Part shown: positions 1-9,591 of the stretch, one piece after another
Layout of the letters: each line of letters begins with the position of its first letter
Numbering within the stretch: the stretch's first letter is position 1
Source: Candidatus Heimdallarchaeota archaeon
Lineage (GTDB): Archaea; Asgardarchaeota; Heimdallarchaeia; Heimdallarchaeales; Heimdallarchaeaceae
Reading direction: 5' to 3'
DNA: 64,000 nt
Assembly: GCA_030603365.1 (NCBI GenBank)
Contig: JAUVXV010000004.1
Span: 128,001 to 192,000 of the forward strand
The notes under the pieces: model-generated
Told to the model about the DNA's origin: nothing
Databases searched by the model: none
Seen by the model: the letters and a program-made list of their open reading frames with translations, nothing else
Position numbers and translations under genes: made by a program

Positions 1-1
1 G

Positions 2-604
2 ATCACCAATAGTCTTCTTCCATTTGTCATGTAAGTGCTGTAAAACAACATCAATACTGCCTGATTTTTTATACATTCGTTTTAGTTTTTTAAACGATGG
101 GGACTCTGGGCTTTTGAAGTGTAAATTATTGTTTAGAATTATCTTGCATGTTTTCTCATCAACATTAGCTTCTAGACAGTCCATCATACATTTTGTCCAG
201 TCTGCTTTTCTTGCAGTTGTAGAGGTTTGCTTAATGGAACCACCAGCTTCCATGATTTGTTGCTGTAATTCTTCACCCACATATTCATTTAGTGTCTCTT
301 CGAGTCTAAATAGCCATGTTCCTCTACCTAACAGTTGATTCGAATTAGCAATTAAATTATTATTTTTTGTTGCTTTCCCATAACTTATCATAACTCGAAG
401 AAATCTTTTCTTCTTTTTCTTATCAACTTCCCACTGTTTGAGAAAAGCTTGTAAATCTTTCAAGTATGATTTATCTATCCCAAGAGATTTCTTTTCGTTT
501 TTAAGATAATCATCAATTTTTCTTACAAAAGCAACGTATATCTCTGTAGTGTTTTCTTGCTTGTTTTGTGATTTCAAGTAATTAATAAATTTCTCCTCTT
601 GCAT
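2..604 (-). CDS. Hypothetical protein, runs off the window edge; N-terminal integrase SAM-like helical segment plus DUF6144-like domain
   Basis: Not in the ORF track. Translated by hand from ATG at 604: MQEEKFINYLKSQNKQENTTEIYVAFVRKIDDYL...LEETLNEYVGEELQQQIME...KADWTKCMMDCLEANVDEKTCKIIL..., open to the window edge. Domain names are recalled resemblance only. Confidence 0.7.
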   Translation of the reverse strand, partial: MQEEKFINYLKSQNKQENTTEIYVAFVRKIDDYLKNEKKSLGIDKSYLKDLQAFLKQWEVDKKKKKRFLRVMISYGKATKNNNLIANSNQLLGRGTWLFRLEETLNEYVGEELQQQIMEAGGSIKQTSTTARKADWTKCMMDCLEANVDEKTCKIILNNNLHFKSPESPSFKKLKRMYKKSGSIDVVLQHLHDKWKKTIGD

Positions 605-690
605 TGTTTATACCTTATTACTGCATGAAGTAAATTCATATAACAGTTTAAGTTTTTGAATATATAAAGTAGTTAGAGGTTCTTAAGTTT

Positions 691-1683
691 TCAACTAATC
701 TCTTTGATTTCTTCTACCTTTCCACCTATATCTAGACCTGCATTTCTCCCCCTTCCCTCAAAAATCACCTTGTCTCCTTTTCTATTAAATTCTACTAGTT
801 TAATGTCTACTTGAGCAGTTATACTTTCCAAAATACGTCCAGTCATAGAACCCTCAATGGGTGAAGCAAGGTCTACGCCCTCTGATTTGTGTGCTTCAAT
901 TTCTAATCTTCTCTTTCGATCAGCAAAATGCATAACAATCTTTTTTTCTCCAATGTTTAATTTAGTTAATTTAGCACCAGTATAATTTGTAAAACGATAG
1001 ACTTTCCCTTTGTAGTAAAAACCTGCAACATAACCATCAAAAGCACTCCCTATCCAAGGTATTTTAGCAAAAGAAGCCATCAATGAAGTATCTGGAGTGT
1101 CAAAATGGTTTGATTGTAACCAAAGATAATAATGTGGGAAACTTCTACCGTAATCCTTCTCTATGTAACCCTTTCCGCCAGTAAAATCTATCTTGTTTGC
1201 ATTAATTTCTAATTCACCCTCTAGGACGTGATCAAATCCAAGAACACCGTGGTAACATTCCATGAAGGGAACAAACCTATACCAGCTCATAACTCCAGGA
1301 GAAAAAGCTTTGACTGGCCAATTCTTAAGGTTTGAATGTTTGATTCTTCCTTTTATCTTGTAGTTGTCTTTGTTGATGTTTAACTCAATGAATTCAGAAT
1401 TGAATCTATTTTCACCAATACTTACATCAAAGCTCTTCTTGGAGAATTGAAAATCAGAAAAGTCATACTCAAAGAAGTTCATTACAGCTTTTTTACCATC
1501 GAAAAACTGAATGAAAGAAATAGCTTTACCATCTTTCTCGAAAGAAACACCTGGAATAATGGCGTAGATATTCTCTTCCTTTTTATCTACGATCTTGAAA
1601 TACCATCCCTCAAAATATGATCGCATCTTCCTTTTGCCCTGATAATTTGCTGGTTTCCATATATTCCTGAATCTTCTAAACAT
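691..1683 (-). CDS. Tocopherol cyclase family protein
   Basis: YFEGWYFK, PFMECYHGVL and GKGYIEKDYGRSFP-x-x-Y-x-W-x-QSN motifs typical of tocopherol cyclase-like proteins. Confidence 0.85.
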   Translation of the reverse strand: MFRRFRNIWKPANYQGKRKMRSYFEGWYFKIVDKKEENIYAIIPGVSFEKDGKAISFIQFFDGKKAVMNFFEYDFSDFQFSKKSFDVSIGENRFNSEFIELNINKDNYKIKGRIKHSNLKNWPVKAFSPGVMSWYRFVPFMECYHGVLGFDHVLEGELEINANKIDFTGGKGYIEKDYGRSFPHYYLWLQSNHFDTPDTSLMASFAKIPWIGSAFDGYVAGFYYKGKVYRFTNYTGAKLTKLNIGEKKIVMHFADRKRRLEIEAHKSEGVDLASPIEGSMTGRILESITAQVDIKLVEFNRKGDKVIFEGRGRNAGLDIGGKVEEIKEIS

Positions 1684-1896
1684 CGAGTTCTCGCCAGGTA
1701 GTTATTAGAATGCTATTTTATAACGCTTATTGCTTTACAAAACAATTTTAGCTTATTTTCTCAAGAGTTTTGATTTTCTGTTTTTGGTGTTTTTATATTG
1801 TATTTAGTATATAAAATGAGGGTGTGAACATCTGCTCGTCTTTAGCCCTAGCTACCTTACAACAGATGAACGCCCAATAGAGAATGGTGAAATAAA

Positions 1897-2019
1897 ATGA
1901 GCAAAACAAAATATCAGCGTATGATAAGGCAAGCAGAAAATGAGTGGAAGTATTCCTTGGAGAACAAAGCGAAGCAAAAGAATCTTTACTTCTTTAACGG
2001 ACAGATGATTCTCTGCTAA
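1897..2019 (+). CDS. Putative 40-aa small protein MSKTKYQRMIRQAENEWKYSLENKAKQKNLYFFNGQMILC
   Basis: ATG preceded by GGTGA SD-like motif at 1886-1890; fills the intergenic gap; below the ORF-track cutoff. Confidence 0.5.
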   Translation: MSKTKYQRMIRQAENEWKYSLENKAKQKNLYFFNGQMILC

Positions 2020-2058
2020 ACTTTAAATTTGCATAGGATTTTCTTACTATGAAAAACA

Positions 2059-4134
2059 TTGAACAATGAAACACTACAACAAACTGTTCGGATTGGTATT
2101 GACACAGGAGGGACCTTTACCGACTATGTTATTGTTTCGGAGGGGTATATTCAAGCTTGGAAGACTCCAACAACCCCAAAAGACCCAAGCGAAGGTATAG
2201 TCTTTGGATTTAACGAAATAATGGAAAAGTTTCACTTTCAAAAAAATGATGTAGAAATCATTGTTCATGGAACAACAATAGGTACAAACGCTTTTTTGGA
2301 GGACAAATGTCCTCCTATTGCCTTTCTAACAACAAAAGGTTTCAAAGATATTATAGAAATTGGTCGACAACAGAGATCTGAGTTATATAATTTGAAGTTT
2401 AAACAGAAATATCCTGTTAATTTCAATAAGGATATACTATTCGAAATTGAAGAACGTATGGATAACAATGGCAAGATATTGACACAACTTGATTTGACTT
2501 CCTTGCCTAATTTTGCTTCAGCTTTAAGATCCAAGTCAATTGATACTGCAGCTGTTTCACTGTTATTTTCATTTCTTAACCCAACTCATGAAAATAGAAT
2601 TAGTAAATTTTTAAGTGAGGAAGGCTTCAACGTTTTTACTTCATTTGAGATTAGTCCTCAAATCCGAGAGTACGAACGCTCCGTTACTACAATAGTAAAT
2701 GCCAAAGTTAGTCCTGTAGTCAATTCGTATTTATCAAAATTACAAAGTAAATTAATAGAAAACAAAATTAATGCCCCTCTTTTAATCATGCAATCAAACA
2801 CTGGAATGAGTGATGTTGCAGCAATAGGTAAATCTGGGATACAAACCCTCTACTCTGGTCTAGCAGGTGGAGTTCTGGCTGCAGCTGAGAGTCTCAAACA
2901 TCTTAATCGTACTCATTTAGTGTCTCTAGACATTGGTGGAACTTCAACAGATGTTTCTGCTTTAATTGATGCCCCAGTTATTTTAAGAGAAAGAAATTTC
3001 GGAGGTTTTCCATTAGTTGCTAGTATGGTTGATGTAGAAACCATAGGAAGCGGAGGTGGTTCTATTGCCAAATTCAAAGATGGTTTACTGACTGTTGGTC
3101 CTGAATCTCAAGGAGCAAACCCTGGACCAGCTTGTTACTCGTTAGGAGGGAATTTGGTTACTTTAACTGATGCTAATCTTTACTTAGGTTATGTTCATGA
3201 AGATAACTTCGCAGGAAATTTGAATATAGATAAAAACAAATCTCATCTGTACTTGACCAAGCTCTATGATGAAATAAAATCTTCTTCATTTTCCCTTGAG
3301 ATGGATTCTATAGACGAACTAGCAATCTCAATAAGAAAAATACTGAACAATAATATTGCAAATGCAATAAGAATTGTTACAATCCAACGAGGGTTGGATC
3401 CAAGAGATTTTGCACTTCTAGGTTTTGGAGGAGCAGGACCTCTACAAGCTTGGGACATTGCTCAAGAACTAGAGATGGGAGGAGTAATTATACCTCCGTT
3501 CCCTGGAGTATGGTCTGCATTTGGTCTTATTTCTTCAGATATCAAACATGAAAAAACTCAATCATATCTTCAAACAACAGATAATCTTGAGATAAGTGAT
3601 ATTAACAGCAAAATGCAAGAAATTCAGCAAAAACTTGTTGAGATATTAGATAGTGAAGAAGTAGCAAAAGGAAACCAAAGATTTAGTTATTCTTTGGATA
3701 TGCGATATGTTGGACAATCTGATTTTCTTACACTAGATATCGAATTTCCTTTAAATAAAAGTCAATTAGATGAAATTATTAGTCGATTTCAAATCCTGCA
3801 CAACCAGAATTATTCTTGGTTTGATAAAGAACTACAAGTTGAAGTTGTGAATATATCAGTTAGTGGGATTGGTCTTGTACCAAGAACAAAATTACCTAAA
3901 CTCCAAGTAGGAAAGGAAAGATCACCACAAGATTCACACAAAACGAGTAGAAGGATTAACTTTGATGGAGATTGGACAGATACTCTTGTTTATGAAAAAT
4001 CTAGGCTTCTAGCAAATAATGTACTAGAAGGACCATGTATAATTGATCAGTTAGATACAACTACAGTAATCCCTCCAAAGGTTAAGGGTATAGTGGATAA
4101 GCTTGGATATATTTCAATGGAGGAAATAAAATGA
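2059..4134 (+). CDS. Hydantoinase A / 5-oxoprolinase subunit A family (ATP-dependent)
   Basis: GIDTGGTFTD, HGTTIGTNA, DIGGTSTDVS, GPESQGANPGPACY, FGGAGP motifs; TTG start. Confidence 0.92.
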   Translation: MNNETLQQTVRIGIDTGGTFTDYVIVSEGYIQAWKTPTTPKDPSEGIVFGFNEIMEKFHFQKNDVEIIVHGTTIGTNAFLEDKCPPIAFLTTKGFKDIIEIGRQQRSELYNLKFKQKYPVNFNKDILFEIEERMDNNGKILTQLDLTSLPNFASALRSKSIDTAAVSLLFSFLNPTHENRISKFLSEEGFNVFTSFEISPQIREYERSVTTIVNAKVSPVVNSYLSKLQSKLIENKINAPLLIMQSNTGMSDVAAIGKSGIQTLYSGLAGGVLAAAESLKHLNRTHLVSLDIGGTSTDVSALIDAPVILRERNFGGFPLVASMVDVETIGSGGGSIAKFKDGLLTVGPESQGANPGPACYSLGGNLVTLTDANLYLGYVHEDNFAGNLNIDKNKSHLYLTKLYDEIKSSSFSLEMDSIDELAISIRKILNNNIANAIRIVTIQRGLDPRDFALLGFGGAGPLQAWDIAQELEMGGVIIPPFPGVWSAFGLISSDIKHEKTQSYLQTTDNLEISDINSKMQEIQQKLVEILDSEEVAKGNQRFSYSLDMRYVGQSDFLTLDIEFPLNKSQLDEIISRFQILHNQNYSWFDKELQVEVVNISVSGIGLVPRTKLPKLQVGKERSPQDSHKTSRRINFDGDWTDTLVYEKSRLLANNVLEGPCIIDQLDTTTVIPPKVKGIVDKLGYISMEEIK

Positions 4135-5714
4135 GTACAGGATTTAGTTTAATCGAGGCACAAGTAATCAATCAAGCATTGACCAATGTAGCTTTAGAAA
4201 CAGGTATTGTTCTCCAACGTTCAGCTTTTTCACCAAATATTCGTGATAGATTAGATTTTTCAAGTGCTATATTGGATCAACATGGTCGTTTAATCGCTCA
4301 AGCAGAACACATCCCTGTTCATCTAGGGGCAATGCCAGAGGGTGTTAAAGCTTTAATCAAACATTTTGGTAAAGAGAATATACTTGATGGCGATATATAC
4401 ATTGCCAATAATCCTTACTTGGGTGGAACACATTTACCCGATATAGCAGTAGTAAAACCAATCTTCTTTGATCAAACCTTAGTTGGATATATTGCAAACA
4501 GATGTCATCATGCAGATGTTGGAGGTGTTGTCCCTGGGTCTATGCCAAGTGGAAAATATACTCTGGAAGAAGAAGGATTTGTTATTAATCCAACAGTTTT
4601 GGAACGAAATGGTGTTCTAAATCAAGATTGGTTCAATGAGTTTCTATCAAAAATACGAGTTCCAGATGAAAGAAAAGGGGATATTCAAGCACAACTAGCT
4701 TCCACTAAAATCGGTGAAAAGAAGTTTCATTCAATTCTTAAGAAATATTCTTTAGAGAGAGTTCAGCAAATTATTGATTTCCTTAATGAACGATCCAAAA
4801 ATGCTTCTTTAGAACTCATTAGAACCATCCCTGAAAACCAAAAGGTTAGTTTTACTGACTATATGGATAACGATGGAGTGAAAGAGGATCCTATAGGTAT
4901 AACAGCTGAAGTTGAAAGAAAGGGTGACAAACTAATAGTTGATTATAGTAAAACCGATAATCAAGTTGAAGGAAATATCAATGCTACTTATGCCGTAACC
5001 CTCTCAGCGACATATTATATTCTGCGTTGTTTGGTTTCTAGGGAGTATGCTACAAACAGTGGATTATATGAACCACTGGAGATTATAACAAAGAAAGGAA
5101 CATTGATTGATCCTCTTCCTCCCGCTGGTGTAGCAGCTGGAAATGTTGAAACTAGCCAAAGAATAACTGATGTGATGATCGGCGTTTTCTCACAACTATT
5201 CCCAGACGATATTCCTGCAGCTAGCAGCGGAACAATGAATAATATAATTATTGGAGGAGTAAACCCCAAAGGAGTGCAGTTCACTTATTATGAAACACTT
5301 GCCGGTGGGATAGGTGCAGGAAAGAATTACTCTCCTCCAAATGCAAAACACAGTCATATGACAAACACAAGAAATACTTCTGTTGAAGTTCTAGAGAAAT
5401 ATTATCCTCTAAGAATTCATGAATACTCTGTACTGCCTAATACAGGTGGTGAAGGAAAGTGGTCAGGAAGTAATGGTATTCGTAGAGCTGTTGAGTTGGT
5501 AGCTGATGAAGCTATTCTGTCTATTCAAAGTGAAAGAAGAAAATATTCGCCTTTTGGTTTGCTTGGTGGAAAGGATGGAGCGAAAGGTAAGAACATTTTG
5601 AAGACCCAAGAAGAGACAATTATACTTCCATCAAAAGTTACTAAGAAAATACTGAAGGGAGACATTGTCATTATAGAAACTCCTGGTGGTGGAGGATACG
5701 GAAAAGCAGAATAA
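4131..5714 (+). CDS. Hydantoinase B / 5-oxoprolinase subunit B family
   Basis: SPNIRDRLDFS, PVHLG, NNPYLGGTHLPD, HHADVGG, TPGGGGYG; overlaps the subunit A stop codon. Confidence 0.92.
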   Translation: MSTGFSLIEAQVINQALTNVALETGIVLQRSAFSPNIRDRLDFSSAILDQHGRLIAQAEHIPVHLGAMPEGVKALIKHFGKENILDGDIYIANNPYLGGTHLPDIAVVKPIFFDQTLVGYIANRCHHADVGGVVPGSMPSGKYTLEEEGFVINPTVLERNGVLNQDWFNEFLSKIRVPDERKGDIQAQLASTKIGEKKFHSILKKYSLERVQQIIDFLNERSKNASLELIRTIPENQKVSFTDYMDNDGVKEDPIGITAEVERKGDKLIVDYSKTDNQVEGNINATYAVTLSATYYILRCLVSREYATNSGLYEPLEIITKKGTLIDPLPPAGVAAGNVETSQRITDVMIGVFSQLFPDDIPAASSGTMNNIIIGGVNPKGVQFTYYETLAGGIGAGKNYSPPNAKHSHMTNTRNTSVEVLEKYYPLRIHEYSVLPNTGGEGKWSGSNGIRRAVELVADEAILSIQSERRKYSPFGLLGGKDGAKGKNILKTQEETIILPSKVTKKILKGDIVIIETPGGGGYGKAE

Positions 5715-5871
5715 AGTGTGTTAGTACCGTATTATTTTGGTATTACTGTTTTTCTTATTTTTTGCTTTTAAGCTCCCAAACATACACAACTGAGGTTTTT
5801 TGCTTTTAGAGCATTTTTGTCGTATATTCGCTACACAAAAGATTTAGATAGGACTAAACTAAATCTAGTTC

Positions 5872-6663
5872 ATGGCAGAGAATGAACCCTTACTAATTGT
5901 GGAAACTGTAGGTGAGAATAGTAATATTGTAATTATAACATTGAATCGCCAGAAGAAGTTGAATGCATTAAACAAAGAAATGCTTGAGTTACTTGATAAA
6001 AAAATCAAATCAATTAAACATGATCACAACATTAGAGCTATAATTATTTATTCAGAAGGTAAAAGCTGGTGTGCAGGTGTTGACTTAAAATGGGCATCAA
6101 GTTCAGTTTGGAAATTCGTAAAAGCGATTAAAATGGGTCGGAGAATATTTGCTAGAATAGAAAAACAACCGATTCCTGTAATAGCAGCTATTAATGGATA
6201 TGCAGTTGGTGGAGGAATGGAGTTAGCACTATCTTGTGATATACGCGTTGCAGCTGATATTGCTACCTTCGCACAATCTGAGGCAACAATTGGTTTACCT
6301 CCTGGATGGGGTGGAACATATCGCTTACCAAAGGTTGTTGGTTTAAGTACAGCTAAAGCTTTAATCTACACAGGTAGAAGATTTTCTGCAGAAGAAGCTC
6401 TTGAAATGAAGTTTGTAAGTAAGATTGTACCCGTAGAAGAGTTGAAAAATCAGGCTATAGAGATAGCTGAATCCATTGCTAGAAGTGCCCCAATGGCTGT
6501 CAAAAAATCTAAGAAAGCCATTAACAAAGGTATTTCGACTACTGCTAGGGGAGGATATAGGGCAGAGAAAAGAGGAGTTTGGCGTTGCATTAGAACTAAA
6601 GATATAAGAGAAGGAATAACAGCTGTATTCGAGAAGAGAAAACCTGAGTTCAAAGGCAAATAG
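5872..6663 (+). CDS. Enoyl-CoA hydratase/isomerase (crotonase) family
   Basis: LNRQKKLNAL, CAGVDL, AINGYAVGGGMELALSCD, GLPPGWGGT. Confidence 0.9.
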   Translation: MAENEPLLIVETVGENSNIVIITLNRQKKLNALNKEMLELLDKKIKSIKHDHNIRAIIIYSEGKSWCAGVDLKWASSSVWKFVKAIKMGRRIFARIEKQPIPVIAAINGYAVGGGMELALSCDIRVAADIATFAQSEATIGLPPGWGGTYRLPKVVGLSTAKALIYTGRRFSAEEALEMKFVSKIVPVEELKNQAIEIAESIARSAPMAVKKSKKAINKGISTTARGGYRAEKRGVWRCIRTKDIREGITAVFEKRKPEFKGK

Positions 6664-6691
6664 TTTCTCGTAAGAGTTAAGGGGATTCTCC

Positions 6692-7435
6692 ATGACTCAA
6701 ACTGAAGTAACACCTGCAGAAGAAGAATATCTAGAAACATTCTTTTGGTTTTTTGAATATGGGACTAAGCACGTAAAGACAAATCAAATAGCTGAAATGA
6801 TGAATGTAGATCCAGGTACTGTTACTTCAATGTTCAAGAAATTATCAAGAAAGGGATTCATAAATTACAAACCATATTATGGTGCAGAGTTAACTCCAAA
6901 GGGAGAGGAAATAGCTAGAAAAGTTGTAAGAAGACATAGGATATCTGAGGTCTTCCTTGATTGGCTAGGTCTTCCTTGGGCAAAGATTCATGAGGAAGCT
7001 TGTAAGTGGGAGCATATCCTAACGGATGAAATAGCAGAGATGATTGAACAAAAGTTAAAACCCGAGAAAACACCTTACGGTGCAACCATTCCTAGGAAAG
7101 AAGGTCTTGAACCAAAAACAGCAGAAAATAAACCTTTAGCATTATTCAGTTCAGGTAGAAAAGTAGAGATTGTAGAAATAATTGAAAGAGCTATTGCTAG
7201 ACATTTCCCACATGAAGCAACTTTACAAGAAGTATATTTTGAATTGGAAGAGAAAGAATTGAAACCAGGTACTGAATGGACAATTATCTCTACGAAAATT
7301 AGTAAAGACGCTATTGTGGAAAATTGGTCACTCTCTTATGATTTGGATATGACATTGGAAAATAAAGAGGGAAGAAAGGTAAAAGTTCCTTATTATCTGG
7401 TTAATATGATTTTAGCAAGAGAAGCTTCTTCTTAA
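6692..7435 (+). CDS. DtxR/MntR family metal-dependent transcriptional regulator
   Basis: EEYLE, SMFKKL, RRHRISE, EACKWEH motifs, plus a C-terminal FeoA-like region. Confidence 0.9.
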   Translation: MTQTEVTPAEEEYLETFFWFFEYGTKHVKTNQIAEMMNVDPGTVTSMFKKLSRKGFINYKPYYGAELTPKGEEIARKVVRRHRISEVFLDWLGLPWAKIHEEACKWEHILTDEIAEMIEQKLKPEKTPYGATIPRKEGLEPKTAENKPLALFSSGRKVEIVEIIERAIARHFPHEATLQEVYFELEEKELKPGTEWTIISTKISKDAIVENWSLSYDLDMTLENKEGRKVKVPYYLVNMILAREASS

Positions 7436-7464
7436 TATTATAGCTCCACTATGTTTTTGTAGTT

Positions 7465-7959
7465 TTATTTATCTAAATCTTCTTCAAATTCTTTCTTTAG
7501 TTCTTTATCTAGTTTTTCCTGTTCTTTTTTCTTTTTCCTTCTTCGATTTACGAGTATGTCAGCAGCAATTAAAGCTATTACAACAACTGGTATAGCAATT
7601 GCTTGAGCTATCCAATAATTAGTGCTGTATTCTTGTTCTAGAATAAAGAATCCTGAAAATATGATCAGATAAGTGGTGAGAGCAAAGACTGTGATTAATA
7701 TGATTCTAATTAGAGTTGAAATAACAATCTCTGCATTCCTGTCCCTTTTTTTCTTTCTAATAAATGCCATAGCCATTCCTGCGGAAATAAGAAAGCCAAA
7801 TCCGACAGCTGTTAAACTAGCAGCAAGTAAGAATGTCATCATATCAAACAAAGATACAATGAAAAACACTACGCCTCCTAGCATAAGACCAAGAGCAGTA
7901 TACATGTAAACTTGGTAATCTTCAGGAACACCAACAAATAGTGTCATTAGTAAGTTCAA
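7465..7959 (-). CDS. Hypothetical 4-TM membrane protein
   Basis: Four hydrophobic segments and a charged C-terminal tail. Confidence 0.7.
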   Translation of the reverse strand: MNLLMTLFVGVPEDYQVYMYTALGLMLGGVVFFIVSLFDMMTFLLAASLTAVGFGFLISAGMAMAFIRKKKRDRNAEIVISTLIRIILITVFALTTYLIIFSGFFILEQEYSTNYWIAQAIAIPVVVIALIAADILVNRRRKKKKEQEKLDKELKKEFEEDLDK

Positions 7960-8037
7960 TTTACCATGTTCTATAAATTCTTTTAGATGATTTTATTTAA
8001 AAAATTTAATGGATTAAGAAAGAGAGAAAAATAATTG

Positions 8038-9468
8038 TTATTCTTCAGTTAGTTTCCAAAGAATTCTTTTCGGAGTATCCTCTAGAGCGATTCCTGCTTT
8101 CTTCAAGTCATCTCTGATTTTATCGCTCATTTCCCAATTTTTTTCATTACGGAAGTTTTTACGAAGTTCAATAAGTAGTTTAACAAGTTGTTCTAAAGTT
8201 GCAAAAGAAGAATACTGGTCAAAGTTCTCAAATAAACCGAATATGGAACGAAATTCATCAAAGAATTGGTCAACTTCATGAATAACTGTAGCATTTATCA
8301 TTTCTGTTTTTCGGATATAATTATTCACTTCATGTGAAAGGTCAAAAATCACTGCAAGGGCAATAGAAGTATTGAAATCTTCATTCATACCCTTTAAGAA
8401 ATCTTCTCGAGACTTATTGGTTTTTTCAATCATTTTTTCATCCATCTCATTGGAAGATTCCAGGATCTCTTCACTTTTAGCATAGTGTTTGACTAGAAGC
8501 AAAGTATTGAACAGTCTATCAGCTGTAATCTGGGATTGGTCCATAGCATCTTCGGTGAAGATAATAGGACTGCGGTAATGAGTTTGAAGGACAAATAAGC
8601 GAACTGCATCTGGAGAATAGTGTTCCAGTAGTTCAACAATATTAACAAAGTTACCTAAAGATTTACTCATTTTCTCTTTATCGATGTTAACATAACCGTT
8701 GTGAAGCCAATAATTGACGAAAGGTTTTCCTGTAAGAGCTTCAGATTGAGCAATTTCGTTTTCATGATGAGGAAAAATGAGATCTTGACCTCCACTGTGA
8801 ATATCCAAGGTTTCTCCAAGGTACATCATGGACATTTGACTACATTCTAAAGACCAACCGACTCTTCCTTTTCCCCATGGTGATGGCCAATTTGGCTCTC
8901 CTGGCTTCATTGCCTTCCATAGTGCGAAGTCTGCTGGAAATCTTTTATTGGGATTCTTTGTATCTTCTGTTCCTTCTTGAAGAATATTCTCTAATTTCTG
9001 ATTTGACAGTTTTCCATATTCCTTGAACTTTCTAATATCGTAATATACGTCTCCTCCGCTCTCGTAAGCATATCCTTTCTCCACCAGTTTCTCCACGAAT
9101 TCTATCATTGGATTCATATGGAGCATTGCTCTTGGATGTACAGTAGCAGGTTTTAGGTTTATGCTGGCCATATCTCTTCGAAAATAGCTTAGGTACTCTT
9201 CTGCAACTTCAAGCACTTGTCGCTTTTCTTTGTTTGCAACCTCAATCATTCTATCCTCAATATCTGTAAAGTTCATAACATAGTCTACTTTGTATCCTCT
9301 ATATTCGAGATATCTGCGGATAGTATCAAATGCGATAGCAGATCTAGCGTGCCCTAGATGCATTAACCCATTAACCGTTGGACCACAGTTGTACCACTTA
9401 ACAACGTTAGGTTCAATAGTCTTGAACTCTTCAAGTTGACGGGTAAGAGTACTATAGATTTTAATCAT
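8038..9468 (-). CDS. cysS: Cysteine--tRNA ligase
   Basis: CGPTV, HLGH, DFALWK, DIHSGGQDLIFPHHENE, KMSKSLGN, THYRS. Confidence 0.93.
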   Translation of the reverse strand: MIKIYSTLTRQLEEFKTIEPNVVKWYNCGPTVNGLMHLGHARSAIAFDTIRRYLEYRGYKVDYVMNFTDIEDRMIEVANKEKRQVLEVAEEYLSYFRRDMASINLKPATVHPRAMLHMNPMIEFVEKLVEKGYAYESGGDVYYDIRKFKEYGKLSNQKLENILQEGTEDTKNPNKRFPADFALWKAMKPGEPNWPSPWGKGRVGWSLECSQMSMMYLGETLDIHSGGQDLIFPHHENEIAQSEALTGKPFVNYWLHNGYVNIDKEKMSKSLGNFVNIVELLEHYSPDAVRLFVLQTHYRSPIIFTEDAMDQSQITADRLFNTLLLVKHYAKSEEILESSNEMDEKMIEKTNKSREDFLKGMNEDFNTSIALAVIFDLSHEVNNYIRKTEMINATVIHEVDQFFDEFRSIFGLFENFDQYSSFATLEQLVKLLIELRKNFRNEKNWEMSDKIRDDLKKAGIALEDTPKRILWKLTEE

Positions 9469-9591
9469 AACATTACTTCAAAATCTGCTTAAAAAAGCGT
9501 TTCGCTCAGACAGAAGTTAAAATAATTTAGCTTCAGAGGTTTTTCTCTCTAAAAAAATATATAGAACCAATGAATCTTTCAGAGGAAGAAT

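Noticed and set aside
24-338. Plus-strand 104-aa ORF, and the many other short ORFs antisense to or out of frame within long genes
   Set aside because: Shadow ORFs of well-supported genes on the opposite strand or frame
1820-1875. GAA/A internal loop resembling a methanococcal SECIS element
   Set aside because: No gene with a plausible in-frame UGA on this strand nearby; the TGA at 2067 ends a 6-codon ORF out of frame with the hydantoinase
5756-5812. Repeat TTTTTTGCTTTTA x2 after hydantoinase B
   Set aside because: Low complexity; adequately explained as T-rich terminator sequence
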